From positions 24,986,001 through 25,050,000 of the forward strand of contig NC_073398.1 of NCBI RefSeq assembly GCF_028641065.1: a stretch of 64,000 nt of DNA, in the 5' to 3' direction. Made by a program: the position numbers and the translations under genes. The notes under the pieces are model-generated. The model searched no databases and was not told the DNA's origin. It saw only the letters and a list, made by a program, of their open reading frames with translations. The stretch's first letter is position 1; each line of letters starts with the position of its first letter. The DNA comes from Leucoraja erinacea (lineage: Eukaryota). Of the stretch, positions 1 to 12,822 are shown piece after piece.

Positions 1-218
1 AATTGGTGGTGGAAAATGAAGGCGATACTGTGGCTGCCAATTGTCAGGTACAATGGGATGGACCTGGACTATCCATATGGTAATGTATTTGTGGAAAACA
101 GAAGATATAGGAGAAAGATGAATCTTGGAAACAGGATGCAATTCCTGACCAAACCCTGGAAGAGCACAAGAACCTGGGACAGCACAGGGATCCTGGGACC
201 AACACTTACAGGGAGATC

Positions 219-219
<1 letters not shown>

Positions 220-270
<51 letters not shown>
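220..270. repeat. poly-C homopolymer (~51 nt)
   Basis: Uninterrupted C run; source of the poly-Pro/poly-Gly ORFs. Confidence 0.95.
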
Positions 271-961
271 ACACCGAATCTGGGACTCAAAGAAGAATGG
301 GGATTCATGTCCGAACAAGGCAGATCACATAATTCATTGCACACTGCATTATACTGTGAGTGCTTGCAATTAGTTCCTATAAAGCCAAATTAATCTTCAA
401 GTAACTGTCCCATTCTCTCCTCTTTCTTTTTCGTTTCCATAATCTACAGCTATGCTGTGCCTCCACTTATTACATCAGCCACCATCTCCTCCATTCCCCC
501 TCACTTTATACAGGCCATCTCCCCTCTACTCTATCATTCCAGGTGAAGGGCCTCAACACAAACGTTGAATGTTTATTTCCTTTCACAGATGCTGCTTGAC
601 CGACTGAGTTCCGGCAGTAATTTGTTTCAGCATCTGCAGCCTCGTGTCTCCAAGTGTATTTTTCATTATTGCCAGTTGGGCAAATCTAAAAAAAGGTGAA
701 TTGGGCTTAACACCTAGGGTCCCAGTTGCCTATTTTCCAGTTCATTCCCCTACATGCTAGTATATTTAGAACGAGCTCCCACTGGTTCCAAGGTTGAAAT
801 TCCACACACCAATAACAATACACCAACACCCTCAGCAAATATTCAGTAACCTCGACAAAGGGCATTACTGATTTTTCATTCCTGATCGTGGCACAAACAC
901 ATGGGATGGTGTGCCCCACACACACACACACGTGCTCAGCCACACATGTACACACACTAAC

Positions 962-1215
962 CTGATACACGGACAGGTACAGGAACCAGAGACAGGCAAA
1001 GACCAAGCTATCACGGAGAGGTTCTGCCAATATCACGGTGAATGACAGGACTATACCCAGCAGGCAGATGAGCTCTATGCCCTGCTCAGTGTCCAGCCCG
1101 AGCGAAGGACACAACCATAGCAATGTTGGGGCGTCCTTTAGTTGATCCAGCAGCGTCTTTCCAGTGAATCTCAGCATCTTGCGAGCTGGAAGAACTCCAT
1201 CCCTCCCATAGAGTC
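962..1215 (-). CDS. LMF2: Lipase maturation factor 2, coding exon 2 (254 nt)
   Basis: GLYGRDGVLPARKMLR...PTLLWL...LYLSVYQ resembles LMF2 (GLYGPEGILPARR...PTLLW...YLSACQ); ccag| acceptor, CAG|gttagt donor; phase fits exon 1. Further exons lie left of the window. Confidence 0.93.
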
Positions 1216-1737
1216 CTGGTTGAAAGAGGAAAATCAAATTACCCAAGTTTAATGATGCATTAAAATGTGTGGAGAGAGAGAGAGAGACAAGGAGGAAATG
1301 GGGAGAGAGAGTGAAAGGGGTGGTGGGAGCAAGGGAAGGGGCCTGGGGAAGGAGAGAAAGGGGCATGGTGGAATGAGAAAGGGGGGGGGCGCGAAACGGG
1401 TAGGGGAAGAGGGAAACAGGTGGGGGAGAATAGTAACAGTCATGGAGTCATTTAACATGGAAGCAGGCCCTTTGTCCACCATGTTCATGCTGACCAGTGA
1501 GCTCCAACTAATCCCATCTTCCAGCTCTTGGCCCGTGGCCTTCAATGCTTGGGAGAATCAAGTGCTCGCTCTTTCATGAACCTGTCAGGAATCAGTCTTG
1601 CGTGATTCCAAATTTCTATCCATTTAAAAAGACCTCTCCTTTCCCCCCCCCCCCAGCTCATATTCTCTATCTGCCATGTTACTCCCACACCATAGTTTGT
1701 CTCTTTGCAACCTTGTCGCTACTCACATTCTCACTAA

Positions 1738-2121
1738 AGGACCTGTCCCACTTAGGCGATTTTTTATGCGACTGCCATAGTCGTTTCAGGTCGGCGAAAA
1801 ACCGGCGCCTGTACGCCACATGTGCATACAAAAATATTATAATAACATTAAAATTTAAATTATCTATAACTTTAATGGAATTCACCGACGTATTCACCGA
1901 CAACTACCTACGTCATCCTGGCGACAGCACCTACATCATGCTACCCCCAATGACGTCAAGACAACGGTCACCAAAAGGTTTTGAACATTTCAAAATTGTG
2001 TGGCGACCAGAAAGACGCTACGACTCTTTGGGCGACTGAGGAGATCACACAGGCGACACCCCGGCGACAGCCCAGTCGCCTGTAGTCTCCTAAAAAAAAT
2101 CCCCTATGTGGAACAGGCCCT
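1738..2121. mobile_element. Non-autonomous DNA transposon (PIF/Harbinger-like MITE)
   Basis: Terminal inverted repeats aggacctgtcccacttaggcgattttt / aaaaatcccctatgtggaacaggccct, flanked by TAA/TTA. Confidence 0.65.
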
Positions 2122-2539
2122 TTAGTTTCATGTTTTCAGTGAACTTGGGAAATGAAATACTGTCCCTCAAAAGCTTACATTGGGCTTCACTGGAGCAGTG
2201 TGATAAGTCATAGAATGTGAGTGGATGGAGAGATTTTAGTTGTCGGTCACCTAAATTCAATAGTAAATCTCTTCTGCATCCTCTGCAAAGCCTTCCGCAG
2301 ATTTTACTCAAGTATGTTGGCCAGATTTAGACTTTGGTTGTGGGCAATCCAGTTTTCTAAATTCATCACAATTACACCATGCCATTATATGCCAGGTGAC
2401 ATAACAAACCAGAGGACTTTGGTATCTGATTTTCACATTTGAAGCAGGTTAAAGCACTATCCCATGTGCACAAACTCCTTACACAATTCCACATTCACAT
2501 CAACTTGCATTTAATCATATAATTACAGTTGTGCAATTT

Positions 2540-2925
2540 GACAGCATTGGGCCTCTACTTGCTGTTTAGAAGAATGAGCGGGATCCTCATTGAAACTTAC
2601 AGAATAGTGAAAGGCTGGGATAAAATGGACGTGGAGAGGATATTTCCACTAGAGGGAGAGTCTCGGACCAGAGATCATAGCTTCAGATTAAAAAGAAACG
2701 AGATGGAGGAATTTATTTCGTCAGAGGGGGGCAAATCTGCAGAATTCATTGCCACAGGAGGCTATGGAGGCAGTCAATGGACATTTTTAAGGCGGAAATT
2801 GATAGCTTCTTAATTAGTATGGGCATCATGGGATATGGGGAGAATGGGGTTGAGAGTGAAAAATAGATCAGCCATGATTGAATGGCGGCGTAGACATGGG
2901 CTGAATGGTCTAATTCTGCTCCTAG
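2540..2925 (+). mobile_element. CR1-type LINE 3' fragment
   Basis: Translates to LIETYRIVKGWDKMDVERIFPL..SRTRDHS; typical 3' tail gatcagccatgattgaatggcgg. Confidence 0.8.
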
Positions 2926-2927
2926 TA

Positions 2928-3175
2928 GAATGGTAGAGTTGTTACCTTACTGCACCAGATACCTGGGCTGGATCACGGCTAAGGGTGCTGTCTGTACGGA
3001 GTTTGTGCATTCTTCCTGTGACCGCGTAGGTTTTCTCCAGGCATTCCGGTTTGTAGCCTAATTGGCTTTGGTAAATTGTAAAATTGTCCCTAGCGTGTGG
3101 TTAATGTATGGGGCGATCGCTGGTTGGTATGAACACAGTGGGCCGAAGGGCCTGTTTTTGCAATGTATCTCTAAA
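2928..3175 (+). mobile_element. tRNA-derived V-SINE (HE1-like)
   Basis: V-domain ctgtacggagtttg..gtgaccgcgt and CR1-like tail gggccgaagggcctgt. Confidence 0.7.
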
Positions 3176-4399
3176 GTGCCCTGCATTATTTTAATTCCAC
3201 ACATACAATGCACAGTCCTCTTGTGGCCCTAACCCTTTGTACTATCCCATTGTCAGGCCAGTCCATTAAACTCTGCCACTGTCACATTACTATGTACACT
3301 TTTCCTCCTCATACTGATCCATGCCAATTCTTGCATTATCCCCTATCATATTTTAAACTATCCAGCACATCAACCCCTTTGCATATCCCAGATTCAGAGG
3401 TCTCCTCCAATTCCACAACAGGCCCTTGCACCATCCATTTATCACACCAACCACTTGCACTATCTGATGTACTTGCATTATCTTTCTGACACACAAGTCC
3501 ATACTCTTCATGCTGCACGTCTCACTGTTAGACCTGCTCCTTGTAGTATCTTACTGTCATATGTTCTTACATGATCATGTTGCCATACCAGTATACAGCA
3601 CTGTTTCCACTGTAGACCAGCTCTCACACAACCCTTCCATCATATCAGTCATTGCATCCTTCCAATATCACAATGGTCGCTTGTACTATCAAGCTGGTGC
3701 ACACTAGCTACTTGCACTATCATGCTGCATAAGTCAATTGCATGATCTCATATTGGTCTATATATATTGTCACATTAGCAATTTGCAACCTCACACTCCT
3801 TGTATTATGCCCTTTATTGGCTCACCATTATGTTATTCCCTTCCACAATCCCTCTGCCACCCCAGGCCCTTCCAATTTTCGGTTCGGATAAACAAGCCCT
3901 CATATTCTCACAAACCTCCTCCTCAACCATTGCCACAACAATCAGTCACACTATTCTGAAATTACACGAGTCCTGATAGGACCTTGTTGTCATATCATCT
4001 TTGGGGTTCTCCTGCAGTTACACCAGCCCTCGCACCACCTTGGTATCACAGCAGCCTCTGATAATGAACCACTCTCACGCCAGCTCTTGTTCCAACAGGC
4101 TGTCACATCGACCTCTCTCGTTAACTTGCCGCCACTCCAACTCTTGCACAAACCTACTCAAAAGTTCTACAAAAATGTTTCCTTTATCCCTCGTCCACGC
4201 CTGACCTTTCACTTCCCCAATGGCATGCCAGATCTTGCAATTCCCCATTTACTGTTAGACGCTTGTTGCCCCAGCCCCACCTCTATTTTTCAGCTTTCCC
4301 CCCCATTATACCATTAGTTTGATGGGTGCTTAACCGCCTGCCCATCTCCCTCCCCAGATGCTGCCTGACCCGCTTTATGTTTTAAAGAGGTTTTATGTT

Positions 4400-4533
4400 T
4401 AGGAAGGAACTGCAGGTACTGGTTTTCACCAACGATGGACACAAAATGCTGGAGTAACTCCGCGGGACAGGCAAAGGCAGCATCTCTGGAGAGAAGGAAT
4501 GTGTGACGTTTCGGGTCGAGACCCTTCTTCTGA
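4400..4533 (-). mobile_element. Penelope-like terminal repeat (hammerhead-like core mutated to CAGAAGA)
   Basis: Same sequence family as the 3' ends of the GIY-YIG elements at 38.5 and 56 kb. Confidence 0.7.
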
Positions 4534-4814
4534 CCTTGCACTTGTTCCTTACACTTCCCTAAAGTCACGGGAGGGCTCCGCACTGCCCTCTTGTCGCTGC
4601 AGCCCATTAAATATTAGTTTACACCGTATTTCGACCCTCCCGTGGTTAGAACAACTCCCCCCCCCTCCTCTCCCCTCCCTCCTATCACTCCAACTGCATG
4701 CAATACCACCGACACGTCTCCCTGCACGATGAGATTTGTTTCAGCCCGTTACTGCTGGCACCACTACCCGAGCGGAGTCCCTCCACGGTCAGCCCGTCCC
4801 TTGGCTGCAGTTAC

Positions 4815-4908
4815 CTGGGATCTGCACGTACAGCGAGGTGAATGCACACAGGTAGGCGGCGGCGATGCCACAGAGGAAGGCGACACGCGGCAGCCTGACC
4901 GTCGCCAT
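4815..4908 (-). CDS. LMF2: Lipase maturation factor 2, coding exon 1 (94 nt)
   Basis: ATG at 4908: MATVRLPRVAFLCGIAAAYLCAFTSLYVQIPG resembles the LMF2 N-terminus; CAG|gtaact donor. Confidence 0.93.
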
Positions 4909-5520
4909 TGATGCCGAGGGCCGAGCCCGCTCCTGCACAGGACGGGGCGGGGCAGAGGACCGCAACACCGTAAGCACAACCCTCTCCGCACGGTGAACAC
5001 TCCGCTGCAAGGTTACACCTCTCTGTACAAACACCAATGATGCTTAATAAAGAACAACACCAGGAAGCAACTTTACTGCCTTTTTAACTAATTCTCTGGG
5101 GGGGTTTCTCCCCCTCTCCCCACATTGAGCTGCCCCGAAGCCTTAGTCCCGCCCCTACCCACGGAATCTACCACCAGAGCGCCGGGGTGGGGGAGGCGTA
5201 TTCCGACAGATTTTTGATTGCTGGTCTCCCTGACATGAATCATTTCCCCATCCAAATATTCTCCATACTGACAAGTTGTCCACTGTACAAGTTTTCATTT
5301 CCTGGCGAATAATGTCCACCCGCTCCTTATTTCATTTGGCGGTTGGGTCTGGGCGCGCGCATGCGCTTTCTGGAGATAGTTGCGCGGGAAAGACAAAAAC
5401 ATGGCAATGGGCGCGAACCGGAGACACTAACGGCCCCGGCGCGGAAACGGCAACGGAGCCGGTGCGGCTGGGACAGGGGACCGTCTTCTGCGGTGCGTGT
5501 GCATCTGGGGTCATATTTTC
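4909..5520. promoter_or_regulatory. CpG-rich bidirectional promoter LMF2/NCAPH2
   Basis: CpG-dense; GC box CCCGCCCC 5148-5155, NRF1-type GCGCATGCGC 5357-5366, E2F-type TTTGGCGG 5335-5342 and GCGGGAAA 5384-5391. Confidence 0.75.
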
Positions 5521-5805
5521 CGCCCCCCCCTCTGTCCTGTATATACTTGTTTACAATTTACTATTGTTCCTACTTCCTTGGGTCTGAAATTCTATTCCTC
5601 TTTACGTTTGTTTAAATGAACATCTAACTTTTACTATGTATCTGTCTCGATCTGACTCCTTCCGTGTTTTCGATTTTCTTTGAGTCTTTTATTCTATCTG
5701 TGTGCATTTCTGCCTTGTGGTCCGCTGTCTGCATCCATTTGTTTGGCTGGCTCTATTCCCTTTTCATGCCCTTTTATTTCAAGTTTGTTTACTTGATTGT
5801 TAAAA

Positions 5806-6022
5806 AAGGAACTGCAGATGCTGGAAATTCAAAGAGACACAAAATGCTGGAGAAACTCGGCGGGTGCAGCAGCATCTATGGAGCGAAGGAGATAGGCAAT
5901 GTTTCGGGCCGAAACCCTTCTTCAGACGGTCTGAAGAAGGGTTTCGGCCTGAAACGTTGCCCATCTCCTTCGCTCCATAGATGCTGCTGCACCCACAGAG
6001 TTTCTCCAGCTTTTTTGTGTCT
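5806..6022. mobile_element. Head-to-head inverted pair of Penelope-like terminal repeats (palindrome centred at 5928)
   Basis: ...cccttcttcagac-g-gtctgaagaaggg...; arms of ~90 bp. Confidence 0.85.
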
Positions 6023-6390
6023 CTTTGTTTACGTGATTATTTGGCAACATATTGCCTTTAATTCTGTGGGTGATATCACCCTGAAAATATCAACTTTTAA
6101 CCTATACAGCCTGACTATACACCTCCAGTTTAAATTCCATTTGGAATATTTTTGGAGGACCAGGAAACCAAGACGCCATCCTTTATTCTGTTGGTTGTTT
6201 TAAGTTTATAGCTTTTGCAATGAGTTTATTCACGTATTAAAATATTTATATACCATACTGTTTCTCATGGTTAATACGTACGTTTAGAATTCTGTTGGTG
6301 TACAATTTAAATATTGTTTATATTTGTTGACATGAATGCCAAGGATTTTCACATCTATATGCTCTTCATATTTTTGTCGGAAATATTTAA

Positions 6391-7392
6391 CAATGTTACG
6401 ATATTTGGAGATTTTAAAAGTCAAGTCTGCAATCCAGATAAAGCATAACAAGAAGTTTAATTTGACACCTAATTCACTTTCATATCTTCAGTATTAAAAA
6501 AGTTATGGCCATTTTCATACTCGGAAATTAGCACCTATTGCTTTTCCATTGACTTAAAAGCTATGATCGAGGACAGTCAAAAGCCCATAACTTTCTTAAA
6601 AATTAAGAGAACTGAAATAAATTTTCAGTTATTATAGATTGAAGCATTCTGAAACAAATATGAAACAATCTTACTTGGATGACCAGAAATTAAAGCATAT
6701 AATTAGTTAGTTACCTAATTGTAACTAATTACAAAATTCAATTACTAGATCTAAACATCTATCCATTTCTTAAGAAAAGGTTAACATTTTTAAATAGCCT
6801 AAGTGTCCGAATAACATTCACACAAGAATTCACAATATAACATGATTTTTAAATCTCATTGTCATGAATTTATAGGCCAAATGGAAGGAATTTAATGTTT
6901 AATTCCCGTAAATTAAGGGGCTTTTAAATCATCTTGCAAGTGGGTTTTTGTGGAACGCGATCGACTGGAACGTTGCGGTTGCCGTGAATTTGAACCCCAT
7001 ATCGGCAGGAAAAACACTGCCGGTTCGTATGGGGCCAAAATCACGTTTTTGCCAAGGAAATTTTGATTAAAGGCATCCTAAGAAGCAAGTTTATATGTAA
7101 AATAAACGACTTGCCCCGTGTTTTGTCCCCTACGCGAGATCTGTCCCGTTGAGGGCTAGAAGTCGCTTTTTTATTTTACTCCAGCGATTAAATTGTCCTG
7201 CAATTTTTTTTTTATTTTAAACTTCCGAGAACGAAAGTCGGAACGATTTTTCTGCATCAGTAGGCTGAGGAAATCCATCTCGGACAGGCAGGAGAAAACG
7301 GCATTTCAATCCCCCCCCCCAAAGGCGCTAAAGTCGCGCACACGGCCAGTGGCAGAACTGCATCGCCGATGAAGGAAAGTTTTGTAACATTG
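6391..7392. mobile_element. ~1-kb interspersed repeat with short terminal inverted repeats (unclassified DNA element)
   Basis: caatgttac ... gtaacattg termini; composition distinct from flanks. Confidence 0.45.
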
Positions 7393-7590
7393 CTAAAATA
7401 TTAATTTCTTTTCAATAAACACTTTTCATCTAAACTCGTGTGAAAAATGTCAAATCTCTGCTGCAAATGTAAATCCACCCCTCCTGCTGATGTTGTCCCC
7501 TTTTGTTGGATTCACTTAATCACAAATGCTCTGACCTACAGATTATTTGTTTTAATTCCTCATCCATGGGATTTTGTGTTTGAGTGGAAG

Positions 7591-7698
7591 ATGGAGGATG
7601 TTGAGTCACGATTTGCACATCTTCTTCAGCCAATTAGAGAACTCACAAAGAACTGGGAAATTGATGTGGCATCTCAACTGGAGGAGTATTTAGAAGAG
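7591..7698 (+). CDS. NCAPH2: Condensin-2 complex subunit H2 (kleisin beta), coding exon 1
   Basis: [36 protein letters not shown]; GAG|gtgaat donor; 108 nt. Confidence 0.96.
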
Positions 7699-8789
7699 GT
7701 GAATTCTTTACTGCTGAACGTTTATTATGCTTCAACAAGATATAGCAGCCATTTGTTAATCTCCAACACTGCACTTCCTTTTTTTCTATTTGTGTTTTTT
7801 AGTTAGCATAAAATTATTAACATTGCATTCCAAAACAATCTGGTGTTTAATTGATTACTTTCTGAGTGGAGATGAGCTAATTCTGCATGAGGGAAGACTT
7901 ATTTGAATTACTGCATATGTGATTAATATATAAAGAGTTGAACATATCCATTAGACTACTGAAAAGAGAAAACTGCATTTGTGTCAACTTTACTTCAGAC
8001 ATCAATTTTGTGACTTGTAGTCACTCCTATGATATCGGAAATAAAGCAACTGCTGACAGAAAGCAAGCTCCTATATACAGCAGTACGGTAGAGGCCAGAT
8101 AATCTGCTTCAAAATGGCAAAGCTGAAAAAAAATATTATCCCCAAACCCTCTGTATCAGCTGTGTCTCTTATTATATGGTGTTTAGTTACCCATTGTGAA
8201 AAGCTACAGTTCTGGCAAAGGTACTCCAAAGGTGCTGTTGGAATTTTGTGCGTACATTTCTGCACTGGGACTTGAGCTCAGAACCAAAATTGGCAAAGGG
8301 TGATACTGAGTGAGCCAGAGATGATACAGCTATTAAGAGCGAGGAACAAAAATATTGCACACAAGATTAAACTAATTGTCACCTTTTCAAGTAGCTGTAG
8401 GTAAAAGTATCAGGAATTTAAAAAGGCACTTCCGCAGAAAAATAATGAAGTCATAATTACAATTTTGTATCCTTTGTTGGGATTTGTGTGGTTGACAAAG
8501 CAAGGTCATAATTTTGTAGCAAATCTCAATTTGAATCGTGGTAATTTGATTTAATGCTCATCTCCATTTTTATCCAACCTGCATGGTTTTGCTGCATATG
8601 GCTCATGCCATATTAATACATTTATTTTCCATAAAATGGACAGCTAATGTCCTCCCATTCAGTGCGCTGTGGAGCAGGGCCTTTATGGATATCCTTCTTG
8701 CAAATTCCTGATTTTTGTTCATGTGAGCTGTATTATTTAAATTTCTGGCCAATATCATTATAATAATCCTTGTCTCTTTCTCCTGTTAG

Positions 8790-8891
8790 TTGGACCAAAT
8801 CTGCATTTCCTTTGATGATGGAAAAACAACAATGAACTTTGCAGAGGCTGCAATGTTGATCCAGGGATCAGCATGTATTTACAGCAGGAAG
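8790..8891 (+). CDS. NCAPH2: NCAPH2 coding exon 2
   Basis: [34 protein letters not shown]; ag/gt borders. Confidence 0.96.
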
Positions 8892-9449
8892 GTGTGTTCA
8901 GCTGAATCATGTGCAGTCAAAGAGGCAGTGCTGGGGCTCGGAAGTGAGGGTTATTTCTTAATCGAAGAAATATACATGAAAATGAAGAAATCAGCTAACC
9001 TTCTTTGGAGCTTTAGATAATTATGCGTATGAATTAGGAGAGTGTGCAAAATACTTGGAGGATCTGGCAAGATGTGAGGGGTGGGATTGGTGATGAAGTG
9101 TCACTGATGTGCTGGTTTGGGCAGCTGAACTGCAGGATGGGTGCTTATTTATCACATTGTTTGACCTGATTGGTCTGAAGAAGGGTCTCGACCCAAAATG
9201 TCACCCATTCCTTCTCTCCAGAGATGCTGAGATAAGTTATTCAAGCATTTTGTGTCTACCTCTGCTCTGATAGAGGGATATTTGGGGTTTATTTTTTGTT
9301 TGTTCTTGGTCCAAGCCAACCTGGTGGGGAAATATGCTAAATGAAAGGGAAAACTCAAGTGTTAAGAGTGTTTTATTGTCAAATGTCCTAGATAGAACAA
9401 TGAAATTCTTACTTGCTGCAGCACAACAGAACATGCAAACATAGTATGA

Positions 9450-10259
9450 TATGATATTAGGTTATCCATTTTGGTGGCAAAAACGGGAAAGCAGAGTATT
9501 ATCTAAATGGTGGCCGATTGGGAAAGGGGGAGATACAGCGAGACCTGGGTGTCATGGTACACCAGTCATTGAAGGTAGGCATGCAGGTGCAGCAGGCAGT
9601 AAAGAAAGCAAATGGTATGTTGGCTTTCATAGCAAGAGGATTTGAGTATAGGAGCAGGGAGGTTCTACTGCAGTTGTACAGGGTCTTGGTGAGACCACAC
9701 CTGGAGTATTGCGTGCAGTTTTGGTCTCCAAATCTGAGGAAGGACATTATTGCCATAGAGGGAGTGCAGAGAAGGTTCACCAGACTGATTCCTGGGATGT
9801 CAGGACTGTCTTATGAAGAAGACTGGATAGACTTGGTTTATACTCTCTAGAATTTAGGAGATTGAGAGGGGATCTTATAGAAACTTACAAAATTCTTAAG
9901 GGGTTGGACAGGCTAGATGCAGGAAGATTGTTCCCGATGTTGGGGAAGTCCAGGACAAGGGGGCACAGCTTAAGAATAAGGGGGAAATCCTTTAGAACCG
10001 AGATGAGGAGAACTTTTTTTCACACAGAGAGTGGTGAATCTCTGGAACTCTCTGCCACAGAGGGTAGTTGAGGCCAGTTCATTGGCTATATTTAAGAGGG
10101 AGTTAGATGTGGCCCTTGTGGCCAAGGGGATCAGAGGGTATGGAGAGAAGGCAGGTACGGGATACTGAGTTGGATGATCAGCCATGATCATATTGAATGG
10201 CGGTGCAGGCTCGAAGGGCCGAATGGCCTACTCCTGCACCTAATTTCTATGTTTCTATG
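9450..10259 (+). mobile_element. CR1-type LINE 3' portion (RT C-terminus plus tail)
   Basis: LYRVLVRPHLEYCVQFWSP, RGDLIETYKILKG; ends in (tttctatg)n. Confidence 0.9.
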
Positions 10260-10289
10260 ACAAACGAGAGAGAGAAAAGAAAAGCTCAG

Positions 10290-12560
10290 TGTGTGTATAT
10301 ACACGTACTCACAACATACCATACAGTTTTCAGGCTCCTGTACCTTCTTCCCCGGTGGCAGTGATGAAATGAGTGTGAGGCCAGGATGGTGTAGGTCTCT
10401 GATGATGTTTGCTGCCTTTTATCATCGACTGATAAATCCCTTCGACGGTGGGGAGGTCAGAGCCGGTGATGGACTGGGCAATGTTCACAACTTCTTGCAG
10501 TCTTTTCCGCTCCCAGACATTCAAGTTGCTGAACCAGACAATGATGCAACCAGTCAATATGCTCTCTACTGTGCACCTGTAGAAGTTCAAGAGAACTTCA
10601 AGACATACCAAATCTCTGTAATCTTCTCAGGAAGTAGAGGCACTGATGTGCTTTCCTTATAATTGCATCAGTGTGCTGGGTCCAGGAAAGACCTTCGTAA
10701 ATATGCACGCCCAGGAATTTGCAGTTTTTGATTCTCCACCATCGTCCCATTGATATAAACAGGATTGTGGGTCCTCATCCTTCCTCTTCCAAAGTCCACA
10801 ATCAGTTCTTTGGTTTTACTGATATTGAGAGTTAGGCTGGTGTGATGGCACCAGTTGGTCAATCGGTCGAACTCGCTTCTATGACTCATTGCCATCTGTA
10901 ATTCGTCCCACAACGGAGGTGTCTTCTGCAAATTTGACGATGGAGTTCGCATTATGTGCGGTTATACAGTCATGAGTATAGAGTGAGTAGAGCAGGGGGC
11001 TGAGTGTGCAGCCTTGAGGTGCTCCCGTATTGATTGTTAATGAGGGTGAAGTATTTCTGTCAATTCGAACAGACTGGTCTGTGAATGAGGAAGTAGAGGA
11101 TCCAATTGCAGAGGGATATGCAGAGACCCAGTTCCGTGAGCTTGGAGGGGATGATGGTATTGAACGCCGAGCTGTAGTCGATAAACAACAGCCTGACGTA
11201 TGTGTTTTTATTGTCCAAGTGGTCCAGTGCGGAGAACCAGTGAGATTGCATCCTCCGTTGACCTGTTGTGGTAAGCGAACTGTAGTGGGCCGAGGTTCTT
11301 CTTGAGGCTGGAGTTGATATGCGCCATAACCAACCTCTCAAAGCACTTCATCACCATGGATGTTAATGCCACTTGGCGATAGTCATTGAGGCACGTCACC
11401 TTACTCTTCTTGGGCACCTGTATTATTGATGCCCTTTTAAAGCGGAAGTGCCTTTTGGCCTTTTTGATGGCCTTGTCAAGGTCGTATCTGGACTTCTTAT
11501 AGACCTCTGCGTCACCAGACCTGAATGCCCGGGATCTGGTCTTCAGAAGAATGCGGATCTCCTGGTTCATCCAAGGCTTCTGGTTAGGAAACACTGAGAA
11601 GGTTTTTGTAGGAACACGGTCCTCCACACATTTCTTTATGAAGTCTGTAATGATTGTGGCTAATTCATTCAGGTCTGTTGCCGAGTCCTTGAACATTGCC
11701 CAGTCTACTGACTCCAAGCAGTCCTGTAGTTGTACCTCTGCATCCCCAGACCAGCTCTGTGCAGTCCTCACCTCCGGGGATGCATTCTTCAGTTGCTGCC
11801 TGTATGCAGGAAGAAGCAGCACCGCTGAATGGTCGAATTTCCCGACGTGTGGGCGAGGGATAGAGAAATGGGCATCCTTGATGGTCGTATAGCAGTGGTC
11901 AAGGGTGTTTTGTCCTCTGATGCTGCAGGCGACATGTTGGTGATAGTTTGGGAGCGATTGGCTTTGTTGAAGTTCCCGGCTATGGTGGTAAACGCATCGG
12001 GGTAAGCTGCCTGGTGCTTGTTGACCACGGCGTGCAGCTCCAATGCTAGACGGACGTCTGCCTGGGGTGGGATGTAGACCGCAGTCAGGATGATGGAGAT
12101 GAATTCCTTTGGGAGGTAGAAGGGGCAGTACTTCACTGCCGGATGTTCCAGGTGCGGAGAGCAGGAGTTAGACAGAACTGCCACGTCTGAGCACCACGAA
12201 CAGATGACCATGAGGCACACACCCTCTCCTCTCCCTTTCCCAGATGCCTGCATACGGTCCATATGATGGATGGAGAAACCTTGAGGCTGGGCAGCTGAGT
12301 CTGGGAAGCTGGGGGTGAGCCATGTGTTTGTGAAACAGAACACGGAGCATTCCCTCAGCTCCCTTTGGTAAAGCAGCCTCGACCTTAAATCTGCCAGTGA
12401 TTGTACATTGGCTAGTAGGATGGTAGGGAGAGGGGGTCGAGACCCCTGCGCTTCAGTCTGACGTCCTGCCAGCCGGCCAAGTTTCCGGATGCCATGGAGG
12501 CCTCCCTGGTGTTTCCAGGTGTAGTACATACTGTTCCTGCAATCCTCCACGAGATCGGGG
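10290..12560 (-). mobile_element. Rex1/Babar-type LINE remnant (AP endonuclease + RT, frameshifted)
   Basis: [68 protein letters not shown]. Confidence 0.88.
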
Positions 12561-12599
12561 ATGCCTCTGCGATCGGGAATTCCCTTCTCCTCCCTCCAA

Positions 12600-12822
12600 A
12601 CTTCGATTTTTCCAGTATCTGCAGTTCTTTCTTAAACAATTTGTCTACTCCACTGCGAAATCTCCTCAAGGTATGTCTACTTTGAAGAAGTTCTCCTCCT
12701 CTCTCTGAACCCCCCCACCCCCACATCAGTCTGAAGAAGGGTCTCGACCCGAAACATCACCTATTCCTTCGCTCCATAGATGCTGCCTCACCCACTGAGT
12801 TTCTCCAGCATTTTTGTCTACC
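12600..12822 (+). mobile_element. Penelope-like terminal repeat with hammerhead-like core (12731)
   Basis: ctgaagaagggtctcgacccgaaacatc... Confidence 0.7.

Noticed and set aside
16-393. Poly-Pro / poly-Gly ORFs
   Set aside because: Translation of the poly-C tract
3200-4320. Strand-skewed C/A/T-rich tract with small ORFs
   Set aside because: No periodicity or homology discernible; probably decayed low-complexity intron
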